NCBI RefSeq assembly: GCF_009914755.1
Contig: NC_060925.1
Source: the human T2T-CHM13v2.0 reference genome, Homo sapiens
Length of the DNA stretch: 64,000 bases
Direction: 5' to 3' (one strand)
In this document: piece by piece, positions 1-14,734 of the stretch
How the letters are laid out: each line of letters begins with the position of its first letter
Position numbering within the stretch: position 1 is the stretch's first letter
Program-made: the position numbers and the translations under genes
Notes under the pieces: model-generated
Seen by the model: only the letters and a program-made list of their open reading frames with translations
What the model was told of the DNA's origin: nothing
Database searches by the model: none

Positions 1-3
1 TAG

Positions 4-385
4 TAAAATCATTTAGGTAGATGACACATTCTAAATATTTCTAGCCCACATCAATATGCATCCTTTTGGAAATTAACTCATTTCAATGAGACATCTTCCT
101 GTAACACCTCCCTTCTCTCCTTATCAAAAAACGGGAAAACCAGGGCACTGACCTGTCCTCATGGTGACTAGTGGGGTTTACTGAATTAAAGTGATTGTGT
201 CCAGTAAAGATATCCAATTTCTCTTAGAATAATGCTAAAATCATTTAGGTGGATAATACATTCTAAATATTTCCAGCCCATATTAATGGAAATATACATC
301 CTTTTGGAAACTAACTCATTTCAATGAGAGATCTTCCTATCACACCACCCTTCTCTCCTTATCAAAAAACAGGAAAACCTGGGCT
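4..385. repeat. Diverged tandem duplication, ~232-bp period (4-146 vs 236-385)
   Basis: taaaatcatttaggt...ccttctctccttatcaaaaaac.ggaaaacc.gggc occurs twice; it may extend left of the window. Confidence 0.8.
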
Positions 386-759
386 TGACCTAGCTAGCGC
401 TCCTACACTGCCATGAGAATCCCTTTGGGACTTTCCCCATTTGGGACTGGCAGCACTCTTGTGGTTTACTAAAACTTAGGTAAACCTGGGCTTAAGCCAC
501 CACCTGGAGCCAAGAAGGAAGCAGCAACCTAGTGGTGAAGATTCACTAAGGGAATGTATTCAGTCCAAACCAAAGCAAGCCAGACAGAGAAAACTGGAGT
601 AAATCATTCTTCCTTCAGTGCAAAAATACAGATCTATATCTACAAGAAACTAGAGCAAACAGGAAACTGTGACCTCCCCAAAATGACAAAGCAGAAATCT
701 AGTGGGTGACTCTAATGTGATGGCTATTTGTCAGGTCTCTAACCAATCACTGAAAATCG

Positions 760-1520
<761 letters not shown>

Positions 1521-1702
1521 CATGTGACCACTCCCACTCAACATGTGCTAGAGTCTCACATTACTGGAGTGTCTCTATATTACCCGGGCTGGTCCAGAAC
1601 GGCCAGGCTCAGGCAGGGCTCCAATCTTAGCCTTACAAAGTATTGGGATTACAGGCATGAGCCACCACACATGGCTCTATTTTATTATAACATATATTTC
1701 TA

Positions 1703-1997
<295 letters not shown>

Positions 1998-2010
1998 CTA
2001 TAATTCTATA

Positions 2011-2160
2011 GGCCAAGCAAGGTGGCTCACGCCTGTAATTCCAGCACTTTGGGAGGCCGATGTGGGTGGATTGCTTGAACCAAGGAGTTCTAGCCTGGGC
2101 AACAAAGCAAAATCCTGTCTCTACTTAAAAAGGAAAAAAAGGATATATTTCTGTAGCTTA
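2011..2160 (+). mobile_element. Alu left monomer (FLAM-like)
   Basis: Single Alu arm followed by an A-rich tail. Confidence 0.8.
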
Positions 2161-2353
2161 TGGCCTGTAGGCTCGCCATGCCTCAGGCTCGAAAGTGCAG
2201 CTTTCAGAAAAGATCCTTCACTGGTATTTCCAGGGAGGAAGTGATGAGGCAGGAATTTATGCTGAGTGGGTTGGCCAAGTATACACACTCAACAGGTCAT
2301 GAAATGGGCTATGAGTATTCTTGAAGGGGGCCTAACACATGCATACTGAATAA

Positions 2354-3013
<660 letters not shown>

Positions 3014-3334
3014 AGACTTCATGTTTCAATGCATTGCAGCTAGACCCCCCCATATCAAATGGTTCATCAGGGACATGAAGACGCTCGCGTGCTAAGTCTC
3101 TTTCAAGTGGCCAGAAGCAGTCAATGCTCAGAGGCCTCTCATCAGCAGAAAGTTACTGGAATCAATCTCTTGTCCAATCAAAGCTGGAGTCATGGCTTGT
3201 GGAACAGGGGGTCAGTTAGTCAGAATCTGGGATGGATGAGCTGCAATCATTTCAATATTGCTTATCTTAGGGCCAGTGCTTGTTCAGCTGCTAGAGAGAG
3301 AAAAACCCTGTGGCAGTTAGAATATAGTTCATTC

Positions 3335-3645
<311 letters not shown>

Positions 3646-4173
3646 TCATTTTTTAAGGGTAGGGGCCCTTGACTTAACCCTTGCCTGGTAAGACCTTAGG
3701 TCCTGTATATAACTTGGTATCTTATTACCCTAAATAGTCAATTCAGTCAGCCTTATAATCTCTATTTTAACATGAATGCTGGTCAGTTTTTGTGTCTCAA
3801 CCATGAAAGGAAGGAAGTAAAATGAGACGTGTCTATCCTCCCATCCTGCCATGGCCAGGAACTCAGTTTTAAAGATTTCTCTGGGTACACTTGGCCGAGA
3901 GGGAATCTGTTCAGTTCATAGGGGGAGCTTAGGATTTTATTTTTAGTTTTCAGAACGAGGGATGAATAATCATGGAGGCTTCTGCTGGGAGGGAAAAAGT
4001 AGAAAAAATGCATTAATTTCACTCTTCCTGTATGCCAGGCCCTATGCCAAGCCCTTAAGTTGCCCCATCTCATTCGATTCTACCAGGGTCACACAGGTGG
4101 TGGACATCATCATCCTCATTTTTCAGGAAAACTGAGGCTCTCGCCCAAGGTTCCTGCCCAACAACACCAGGCC

Positions 4174-4703
4174 CTGAGTTCTCAGCATGGTCCTCACTCA
4201 GATACTCTTTGTGTAGGGTTTCTTACCTGAGTCCTCAGCAGGGTCCTCACCTGGATGCCGTTTGTGTAGGGTTTCTCATCTGAATCCTCTGCAGGGTCCT
4301 CACTCGGATGTCCTTTGTGTAGGGTTTCTCACCTGAGTCCTCAGCAGGGTCCTCACTTGGATGCCCTTTGTGTAGGGTTTCTCATCTGAGTCCTGAGCAG
4401 GGTCCTCACTCAGATGTCCTTTGTGTAGGGTTTCTCATCTGAGTCCTGAGCAGGGTCCTCACTCGGATGTCCTTTGTGTAGGGTTTCTCACCTGAGTCCT
4501 CAGCAGGGTCCTCACTTGGATGTCCTTTGTGTAGGGTTTCTCATCTGAGTCCTGAGCAGGGTCCTCACTCGGATGCCCTTTTTGTAGGGTTTCTCATCTG
4601 AGTCCTGAGCAGGGTCCTCACTCGGATGTCCTTCGTGTAGGATTTCTCACCTGAGTCCCCAGCAGGGTCCTCACTCAGATGCCCTTTGTGTAGGGTTTCT
4701 CAC
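4174..4703. repeat. Minisatellite, 10 x 53 bp
   Basis: Unit ctgagtcct(c/g)agcagggtcctcactcggatgtcctttgtgtagggtttctca(c/t), counted 10 times head-to-tail with no indels. Confidence 0.97.
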
Positions 4704-4781
4704 CATAGGGAAAGTCACTCATCACCCACAGGCACTTGACTATTATCTGCCCTCGAAGGATGTGCGATTCCAAAACACGCT

Positions 4782-5188
4782 TGCTCTGAGAAAAACCAGG
4801 GCCGTATCATTTTCCCCGCCAAACCGGAAAGGAGCCAAGAGATCAAAGGATGACTCAGATGAGCCCAGCTTGGCAAATAATGAGTTGATTAGGATTCACA
4901 TGCAGGGCACTCCAGGGCAGCAGCAGCACAGCCCCAAAGATCTGTGCCACCTCCTGTCTCTAAACTGCTTTTAAGTGAATTTTCTGGCTCTTTGTCCACT
5001 GATTTTGAGCAATCAGCCTCTTCTGCCTGGTAGGTTCTCAGATACTGTCTGGGATGTTTGGGTTCTCGGGGACACCTGCTTCTTGGCTGGGCACAAGAGA
5101 CTTGGCTTCCCACCTGGCCTTCAGGGTTCAGGCAGGGGACATGCACCCTTAAGTAACCTGATGGGACATGCCACACCAGAATTCTATA
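4782..5188 (-). mobile_element. Probable solo ERV LTR (unclassified), ~407 bp
   Basis: Absent from the paralogous empty site near 40780; starts TG, ends TA (probably decayed CA); cgct precedes it and cact/cgct follows (4-bp TSD). Confidence 0.5.
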
Positions 5189-5192
5189 CACT

Positions 5193-6190
5193 TGAAGTGG
5201 GGCCAGCCTCTCCACACCTGTGGTTACTTCTCATCAGGTGGGATGAGAGACTGAGGAAAGAAATAAGACACAGAGACAAAGTATAGAGAAAGAAATTGGG
5301 CCCAGGGGACCGGCGCTCAGCATACGGAGGACCTGCACTAGCACTGGTCTCTGAGTTCTCTCAGTTTTTATTGATTACCGTTTTCACTATCTCATCAAGG
5401 GGAACGTGGCAGGAGAGCAGGGTGATAGAGGGGAGAAGGTCAGCAAGAAAACATGTGAGCAAAGGAATCTGTGTCACAAATAAGTTCAAGGGAAGGTTCT
5501 ATGCCTGGATATGCACATAGGCCAGATTTATGCTTTTCTCCACCCAAACATCTCAATGGAGTAAAGAGTAACAAAGCAGCATTGCTCCCAACATGTCCCA
5601 CCTCCTGCCACAAGGCGGTTTTTCTCCTATCTCAGAATGGAACAAATGTACAGTCGGGTTTTATACCAAGACATTGCATTCCCAGGGGCAGGCAGGAGAC
5701 AGAGGTCTTCCTCTTATCTCAGCTGCAAGAAGCCTTCCTCTTTTACTAATCCTCCTCAGCACAGACCCTTCACGGGTGTCGGGCTTGGGGACGGTCAGGT
5801 CTTTCCCATCCCATGAGGTCATATTTCAGACTATCACATGGGGAGAAACCTTGGACAATACCTGGCTTTCCAGGGCAGAGGTCCCTGCAGCTTTCCACAG
5901 TGCATTGTGCCCCTGGTTACTTGAGAATGAAGAACGGCGATGACTTTTATCAAGCACACTGCCTGTAAATATTTTGTAAACAAGGCACATCCTGCACAGC
6001 CCTAGATCCCTTAAACCTCGATTCCATACAACACATGTTTCTGTGAGCTCAAGGTTGGGGCTAAAGTTACAAATTAACAGCATCTCAGGGCAAAGCAATT
6101 GTTCAGGGTACAGATCAAAATGAAATTTCTTATGTCTTCCTTTTCTACATAGACACAGTAACCGTCTGATCTCTCTTTCTTTTCCCTACA
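5193..6190 (-). mobile_element. HERV-K 3' LTR
   Basis: On the minus strand begins TGTAGGGAAAAGAAAGAGAGATCAGA and ends ...CTTCA; preceded by a polypurine tract at 6191-6210. Confidence 0.95.
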
Positions 6191-8245
6191 TATCCCCCTT
6201 TTCTTTTTGAGAAAACCGCCATCATCATCATGGCCCGTTCTCACTGGTCGCTCTCTCTTTGGAGCTGCTGGATACACCTGTAGACTAACAACAGACAAAA
6301 CAGATATACCAGGATTAATATGAAATTACAACAGTTGAATTTCTGATGGTTTTAACCCAAGTGACAGGGTTAAGATTTGTGAGGCCATCAGCAACTTTCA
6401 TGATTGCCTCAGTTTCTGGCACCAAATTTAAATGGGCTTTTGATGCCTCAAAAACTTGTTCTTTTAATTTTAAAATATCTAAAGTAAGATTATCTTCTCT
6501 TCCTTGTAGTTGGCGTCATGTCCCAGTGATGCTCAGACTCATTATACGCTTGGGGTTTAATACAAAAATCTGACATATTCCAGTCATACTGTAACTGAAA
6601 AAGATATTCCAAGCTCATGAGCCTATCTCCCATCCAAATGACAGTTTGTCTAAGATCATTAATTTGGTTTGCCAATTTTTGATCTATTTGGGTCTGAGAA
6701 TTCCACAATTTTGAGGAATTCTTTTGCCAATTATTTACATATTCTGCAGTTTGAACAGAGAAGTGTAAAGCAATTCCAGCAGCCACAGCAGTAGCTGTGA
6801 CTGCAATAAGACCCAAAATCACTGCAATCAAAGTAAAAAAGAATCTTTTGGATCTAGTTAGAACTCCTTTCAATACTTCTGTTAAAATATGGACAGATGG
6901 GGAAGCCTCCCACTGTCAGTCCATGGACACAGGGATCCCCATGCCCTCTCTTGCCCTCACCAGCAGAATACGGTGCTGCCAATCAAAAGTCGAATCAATG
7001 CAAGTAAACAATCTACTGTTTTCACAGGTTATAGTTTGGGAATCTGGTTTAATAACTATGTTTCCTACAACTAGCATATAAGGGGGTTTTACACAACTTT
7101 GCAAAGGAATTGTCGGATTGGAATTTAAGTTAATAGTATAATATGGCTTACGATCTCTTGTTCCTATAGCTTGATTTTCAGACCAAATTCTAATGTGGTG
7201 TGAGGCCACAGTAAGCTTTCATAATTCTGGATGTTCAGGACCAGTAACAGGACTAACTAACTTTGGTCGAGGTGATGAAATTCGCTTTTCACCCCATTTC
7301 CATGGATAGGGTGATTGTAACTTTCTATAAACCTGATCCAGCCTTTCAGTTAAATCACTCTCATAGGCCAGATTAATGGGCCAGATGGATGGGGCTGTGA
7401 ACATGAGAGAGTCTGGCCTGTACAATTATAATAAAATTGGCCTCGAGGGGCCCGGTCTATAATAGTTCTAAATTCATTGTTTTGTAATACCACCGCAGTA
7501 TCAGCCACACATTCTTCCCAAACTGAAACTTTTGGGCCTTTTGATTCTTTGGGAATTTTCTTGGGGCAAGGCTTCCCCTTAGGCCTAAATTTTAATGATC
7601 TTTGATAAGAAGAGTCCTGTAAATTATTTTATCTGTGGCCCGAGTGACATCCCACTTACTATGTGATAAGTAAATCTACTGGTGGCACTGACAGTAGGTA
7701 CTTCTACCAACCAATTTGGGGTTGTAGGCATTAAATATCCTGGCACCTTCCCTTGGCAAATAGGAGGATAATGATACCCAGTGGAAATATTTATCATCAA
7801 TTCTTTTTTAGGTTGGGCAGGGCAACGATCATCTGTGAGGCCTGGTACCCATGCACTATTATTAACATATACTTCAATAGGATTATCCATCCATGTGACT
7901 GCCTGAATTAAGGGCGGGAAAGGCACACAGTCCCGGTAAGTATGATTAGTTGTGGCTGCTCCTGCAGTCACAGGGAGACTTACCACCGTTGATACAATCA
8001 TCAAAGCTGCAGGCAGCATGTTCTCTGGAGTTTGTGTTACCCTTTTTGTTCTTCAGGCTTTTTTCAGCTAACTGTGTCAGCTTCTTTAATTGGGCCCAGG
8101 TCAGTGGCCCCACTTTCTTGGTGGATGGCAGCTTCATCTGTTCTTCTGATATCACCATTTTGTTCACCCGGTGAGTCGATGATGCTCGATTGCGGGTTTT
8201 CCATCTCCGTGGTGGCGCTTCTCTTTGCATCTCCGATGGGTTCAT
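6145..8245 (-). pseudogene. env: HERV-K env (frameshifted), with rec/np9 reading frames
   Basis: MNPSEMQR.. signal peptide; SU fragments ([18 protein letters not shown]); furin site/fusion peptide RSKR|[12 protein letters not shown]; TM ([13 protein letters not shown]); broken into several ORFs. Confidence 0.92.
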
Positions 8246-10800
8246 TGTAGAACTTTAAATGTCTAGTGGGTATCCAAACAGGAAGCTGATTTTCTCCTGG
8301 TGAAACACAAGCAAAACCTCTCCCCCATGTTATCATTTTCCCTATTTCCCTTGTCTTATTTTTGTTGTCTTTCCACCAAATCAGTTTTCCTTCATGTGGG
8401 CTGTTCTTTTTACCAGTAAAATGTTGCTCTGCAGAAGTAGTGGTCTGATTTCTATAAATGTTTAAAAAATTTAAAGTATAGAGTGCTAAATTAAGTTGCA
8501 TCTGGGGAGTGTTATACTCCTTAATGTCTTTTTCCTTTTTTTGTTTCACCAATTCAGCTTTGAGTGTTCTATTAGTTCTTTCAATTATGGCCTGTCCTTG
8601 GGAATTATAGGGGATTCCTGTTGTATGTGTAATTTGTCACTGATTTCACAATTTTTAAAATGTTTTACTACAGTATCCTGGCCCATTACGTGTTTTAATT
8701 TTTTTTTGGAACTCCCATGACAGCAAAACAAGATAATAAATGTCTTTTAACATGGGAAGTACTTTCTCCTGTCTGGCAGGTTGCCCATACAACATGCAGA
8801 TAAGAATCAACTGTCACATGGACAAACGACGATTTTCCAAATGAAGGTACATGTGTGACATCCATTTGCCATAATGCATTAGGACATAGACCTCTGGGAT
8901 TAACTCCTGCCTCCTGAGTGGGCAGGTGTAGGACTTGACACTGGGTGCAATGTTGTACAATATTTTTTGCCTGTTTCCATGTGATATCAAATTTATTTTT
9001 TAGTCCTGTTGCATTTACATGAGTCAAAGCATGAAGTTCTTGTGCTTCTATGAATGCAGATGATACTAGCAAGTCAGCTTGTTCATTTGCTTTAGTTAAA
9101 GGCCTTGGTAAATTAGTATGTGCTCATATATGAGTAATATAAAATGGGAGATTTCTTTTTCTTACAATTTGTTGTAACAAATAAAAGGACTGGTTTAACT
9201 GATCATCCATACTATATTTGGTTAGGGCTGTCTCAACATCCTTTGTAGCTGTACTACATATGCAGAATCTGATTTTCAATGACTCATTCTTTCGGCCTGG
9301 TGTAAACCACTTTTCCATTGCTGGAACCATCAGTAAACACAGTCAGAGCATTTTCTAAAGGTTTATGTCTGGTAATTTTAGGTAAAATTCAAGTAGTCAA
9401 TTTTAAAAACTGGAAGATTTTTGTTTTTGGGTAATGGTTATCAATAATTCCCACAAAATCAGCAAGAGCAATCTGCCATGCAGCAGAATTGATAAAGCCT
9501 TGTCTAAACTCTTCCTTGTTTAAAGGAACAATGATTTTATCTGGGTCACTTCCACACAATTTTATTATTTGTAATCTTGCCTGACCAATTAATGTAGCCA
9601 TTTGATCCAAGTACAATGTAAAAGTCTTAATCGTACTGTCAGGAAGGAAAGATCACTCCACAAGATCTGTATTTTGAACAATAATGCCTGTTGAGAATAT
9701 GCAGTAGCAAAAATCAAAAGTTGGAGTGGGGCGAAGTGATCTATTCTATTTACTTGTGCTGACCGAATTTTTTCTTCAATTAATTCAATTTCTTTAGTTG
9801 CCTCTGGAGTTAATGTTCTTTTACTATTCAATTCTGGATCCCCACTCAAGATAGAGAACAAATTTGACATGGCATAAGTAAGGATGCCTAGAATTGACCA
9901 AATCCAATTAATATCTCCTAGCAATTTATGAAAGTCGTTTAATGTTTTTAATGTCTTTTCTTATTTCTATTTTTTGTTGTTTAAATTTTCTTTCCTCTAC
10001 CTGCATTCCCAAGTAATGGACAGGAGTAGAGGTTTGAATCTTATCAGATGCTATTGTCAGTCCTGAGTTTGCAACCTCTGTCTGCAGAAATGTGTGACAG
10101 TCAATTAATGTGTCTCTCGTTTCTGCAGCACACAAAAGATCATCAACATAATGAAAGACGTAGTCTGAAAACTTGTCTCTAACTGGTTGAAGAGCTTCAG
10201 CTACAAAAATCTGACAAATAGTTGGACAATTAAGCATTCCCTGAGGCAACACTTTCCACTGAAACCTGGTGGCTGGTTCTTTATTATTTATGGCTGGTAT
10301 AGTAAAAGCAAATTTTTCAAAATCCTGTTTTGCTAGAGGAATGGTAAAAAAGCAATCCTTCAGATCAATTATAATTAAAGGCCAATCTTTGGGGATCATG
10401 GCCAGAGAGGGCAACCCAGGTTGGAGAGCCCCCATAGGTTGAATTACAGCATTGACGGCTCTTAAGTCGGTTAACATGTGCCATCTGCTGGATTTTTTCT
10501 GAGTTACAAACACAGGAGAATTCAAGGCGAAAATGAAGGCTCAATATGTCCCTTTGCTAATTGTTCTTTTGCCCGTAAGTGTAAAGCCTCCAGCTTTTGT
10601 TTTGGTAGCAGCCACTGATTTACCCATACAGGTTTTTCTGTTTTCCAAGTTAATGGAATGGGTTTTGGGGGCTCTACAGTGGCCACTCCTAAAAAGGATA
10701 TCCTATTCCTTTTCTTTCTTGATTTCCCTCAGCCTCAATTGGGATTTTAATGCCATCTCCATTTTTCCCTAGTCCTTTGCCAGGGAGATACCCCATTTTA
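8064..10800 (-). pseudogene. pol: HERV-K pol (RT/RNaseH/IN), disrupted
   Basis: RT LPQGM and YVDD motifs (9926-10525); IN zinc finger H-H-C-C and WQMDVTH (8695-9072); IN C-terminus WGRGFAC; stops and frameshifts between fragments. Confidence 0.93.
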
Positions 10801-11690
10801 GTCTGATTTTTTGACTCGTGGGGCTGTATAAGGAGGCTGGGATAGTCATCTCTGCATGCCATTGTTGTAACAAGTCTCGGCCCCATAAATTAATTGGAAT
10901 AGCAGTAATCATAGGTTGAACTGTACTTTCTTGATTATCAGGTCCTAGACAATGTAAAATCATGGTGCTTTGATACACTTTTGAGGCGCTGCCCACACCG
11001 ACAAGTCCTGTAACAGGCTTTTGTTTAGGCCAATTTTTTGGCCATTGATTTAAGGCGATAATGGAAACATCAGCATCGGTATCCAATAATCCTATAAACT
11101 GCTTTCCCTGAATAGTGACTGTACACACAGGTCTATTCTCTGAGACCTGACGAGCCCAATGAGTGGCTTTTCCGGCAGAGTTGGTACTTCCAAACCCTCC
11201 TGTCCTTTCCGTTTTATTTTCCCCAATTTTAATATAAGGCAAAAGCAATAATTGAGCAATTCTATTACCTGGATTGGCACTCCAGGGAACAGTGGAGCTG
11301 ATCACTAACTGAATTTCCCCTTTATAATCTGAATCAATTACCCCAGTATGAATTTGGACTCCCTTCAAATTTAGACTTCATCTCCCTAAAATGAGGCCTA
11401 CTGTCCCTCCTGGCAGTGGGCCATATACCCCTGTAGGAATCTTTTGCGGGGTCTCTCCAGGGAGTAAAGAAACCTTTTGAGTGGAACATAAATCTACTGC
11501 TGTGCTGCCTGCTGTGGCGGGGGACAGCTGTTGTATTGTTGTAATTGGCTGATTCCCTGAAGTGGTGGTATTTGCTGTGGTGGTTGCTGTCCCTGAAAAC
11601 CCTGAAGAACAAACGGCTGAATCGGGAATGCCCCAGTTTGTTGTTGGGACTGAGGCTGGCCCCTCACCCCTTTTTCTGACAATAGTTGCC
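10769..11690 (-). pseudogene. pro: HERV-K pro (dUTPase + protease), disrupted
   Basis: dUTPase GVIDSDYKGEI and RTGGFGST; protease LDTDAD (catalytic DTG changed to DTD); NLWGRDLL. Confidence 0.92.
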
Positions 11691-13601
11691 CATTTTTATC
11701 ATATTTAGAACGACATTGATTAGCCCAATGTTTTCCTTTTCCATGTCTTGGACACAGGCCAGGTGGCTCTTTATTTTTACTCTGTTTATTTAAGACTGGG
11801 CAGTTCTTTTTTAGATGACCGATTTGACCACAATTATAACATTTCCCCCCAAATGCTCTAACTATCCTCCTAAAGTGACTCCGGTCATTGCTTGAGCCAT
11901 TAGCATTGCCTTACGCATAGCTCCTCCAATCCCATCACAAGCTTTCACATATTCCGTAATTACATCAACTCCTGCTGGACCTTTTCCTTTTAATGGCTTT
12001 ATGGCTGGTTGAAATTCTGGATTTGACTTTTGATAAGCCATTATTTCTACAATAACTTTTTGAGCATTATCATCCGAAACAGATTTTTCAGAGGCATCTT
12101 GCAACCTTGCCACGGAGTCTGCATATGGCTCTTTGCAGCCTTGTCTAATTGAATTAGAAGAAGGGCAAGCGGTGCCTGGGCAAGTGATGCCTGGGCAAGT
12201 GGTGTGTGGGGCACCCAGGTGCCTGGGTCCTGAATTTTTTCCCAGTCCCTGAGGCAAAGAGCCCTTAGATATTCAATACCCTCATTCTGCATTACTGACT
12301 GTTGGCCAATTGTACTCCAATTTGGACCTGTTCCTAGCAATCGATCTGCATCTATATTAACAGCGGGATAAATAGCCTGACTTTTCGTGCCTGTTCTTGT
12401 ACTCAATCAATCCACCAGGTTTTAAATTGTAGGAACTGAGAGGGTGAAAGGGAAGATTTAGCCAACATTTCCCAATCATAGGGAATAAGTCTATTTCCAT
12501 GAGCAATGGGATCTAATAAAGTTCTCATATAAGGGGAGTTGGGTCCATATTGTTTAACTCCTTCCTTCATATCTTTTAACATTTTCATGGTGAAAGATTC
12601 ATATCTAGCCTCAGTTTGGACAGACGCTCCAGCTTGCCCCCCTTTCCCAGCTGGTATTGGTTGTAAAATTACAAGGAACTGCCATGCCTCAAGATCTCCC
12701 TGTTTTCTGGCTTTATCAATGATTTCATGCAGTGTACTACCTTGTCCACTAGGTGGTGATGTAGGACTAAACACCGCTGGGTTGCTGGTGAGGTGCCGTG
12801 CTATGTGGCACGGGACACACAGCTTGAGGTCTGTATTGAACCTCCGGAGACGGCCCATACTGAAGCTCAGCTGGCGGCCAGTATTGATAAACTACCGGTG
12901 GTTGGGTCTTATTTTCTACCAGCTGATATTGTGGATACTGTATCTGAATTGGCATGGCCGGGATAGAGACTCTATCCTTTTCTACATGATATTCTCTTGG
13001 GGTTTGCACTTGTCTAACCTGCATTTGAGGTTGTAATGTTACAGGCATCTGAACCACTGGAGGAGGAGTTGATGGCCATTGTGGTTTAGGCTCTGGTAGC
13101 CCCAATAATTCTGGACCTCCTTCCACCAGTTTTGATGATTCAGGATATATTACCTCCTGTAACTGATTGTAGTCAACATTTTGCGTTGACTGAGCCATTA
13201 CAGACTCTGTTACATTTTACAATGTGAACTTTCCATTAATTTCCGGGATTTTGTCTCTGCCTCTTCTTCACAATCTACTACACAGCTTTCAGGGGCATCA
13301 GAAATTGAAAGGCTATCTTTTTCTATTTGAAACGGTTCTAAAGTTGTTTTAATAATGGGCCAATCATTCCATACTGTAAGTGGGATGATTTTATCTTCCC
13401 TACTTGCTTGTTTTAATTCTTTGCCAATTTTCCCCCAATCTTTTAGATCTAAAGTCCTTGTTTTGGAAACCATGGGCAGAATTGTTCTATTGTTTGAAAT
13501 AGCATAATTAGATTTTCTGTAGAAGCTCTAACTCCCCATCTTCTTAGAAGAATTTTAATGAAGCTGAGATAAGAGGCATATTTACTTTCAGTTTGTCCCA
13601 T
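11494..13601 (-). pseudogene. gag: HERV-K gag, disrupted
   Basis: MGQTESKYASYLSFIK start at 13601; CA fragments (KEGVKQYGPNSPY); NC zinc knuckles ~11710-11840; ends QQAAQQ*; multiple frameshifts. Confidence 0.93.
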
Positions 13602-13723
13602 TGTTACCCTGGGTTCCTCTGAGCACACAAGCTTACCGCATGGCTGACCGTGGAAGTACTTGGGAATCTCTCGTTGACTGTCTTCAATGCTCACGTTTTT
13701 AGTGTACCTTCACCCTAGAGAAA

Positions 13724-13741
13724 GGCCCACGTTGGGCGCCA
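13724..13741 (-). other. Primer binding site, tRNA-Lys(CUU)
   Basis: TGGCGCCCAACGTGGGCC, two bases downstream of the 5' LTR end; 17/18 match to the Lys1,2 PBS. Confidence 0.93.
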
Positions 13742-13743
13742 GG

Positions 13744-14734
13744 TGAAGGGGGTCAGCCACTCCACACCTGTGGGTATTTCTCATCAGGCAGGACAAGAGA
13801 CTGAGAAAAGAAATAAGACACAGAGACAAAGTATAGAGAAAGAAAAATGGGCCCAGGGGACTGCTGCTCAGCATACGGAGGACCCACACCGGCACTGGTC
13901 TCTGAGTTCCCTCAGTATTTATTGATTACTATTTTCACTAACTCAGTAAGGGAAAAGTGGCAGGAGAGCAGGGTGATAGTGGGGAGAAAGTCAGCAAGAA
14001 AACATGTGAGCAGAGGAATCTGTGTCACAAATAAGTTCAAGGGATGGTACTATGCCTGGATGTGCACATAGGCCAGATTTATGCTTTTCTCCACCCAAAC
14101 ATCTCAATGGAGTAAAGAGTAACAAAGCAGCATTGCTGCCAACATGTCTCGCCTCCCACCACAGGCAGTTTTTCTCCTATCTCAGAATAGAACAAATGTA
14201 TAATCAGGTTTTATACTGAGGCATTCAGTTCCCAGGGGCAGGCAGGAGACAGAAGCCTTCCTCTTATCTCAACTGCAAGAGGCCTTCCTCTTTTACTAAT
14301 CCTCCTCAGCACAGACCCTTAATGGATGTCAAGCTGGGTGGAAGGTCAGGTCTTTCCCATCCAATGAGGTCATATTTCAGACTATCACATGGGGAGAAAC
14401 CTTGGACAATACCTGGCTTTCCAGGGCAGGGGTCCCTGAGGTTTTTCACAGTGTATTGCACCCCTGGTTACTTGAGAATGGAGAATGGTGATGACTTTTA
14501 TCAAGCATACTGCCTGTAAACCTTTTGCTAGCAAAGCACATCCTGCACAGCCCTGGATCCCTTAAACCTTGATTCTATACAACACATGCTGCTGTGAGCT
14601 CAAAGTTGGGGCTAAAGTTACAGATTAACAGCATCTCAGGGCAAAGTCAGGGTACAGATCAAAATGAAGTTTCTTATGTCTTCCTTTTCTACATAGACAC
14701 AGTAACCGTCTGATCTCTCTTTCTTTTCCCTGCA
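13744..14734 (-). mobile_element. HERV-K 5' LTR
   Basis: TGCAGGGAAAAGAAAGAGAGATCAGA...CCCCTTCA; colinear with the 3' LTR at roughly 90% identity by eye. Confidence 0.95.

Larger units (their letters stand above)
5193..14734 (-). mobile_element. HERV-K(HML-2) full-length defective provirus, type 2, older (LTR5B-like) LTRs
   Basis: LTR-gag-pro-pol-env-LTR order, tRNA-Lys PBS, PPT, TSD tacact (5187-5192) / tacgct (14735-14740); retains the pol-env segment encoding the env signal peptide/Rec (type 2). Confidence 0.97.

Noticed and set aside
4174-4703. Regular repeat array resembling CRISPR
   Set aside because: Units are contiguous with no unique spacers, there are no cas genes and the context is a primate genome; it is a minisatellite
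9926-11368. 199-aa RT and dUTPase-protease ORFs as functional viral enzymes
   Set aside because: Truncated fragments with non-ATG starts; protease DTG is mutated to DTD and the upstream gag is frameshifted
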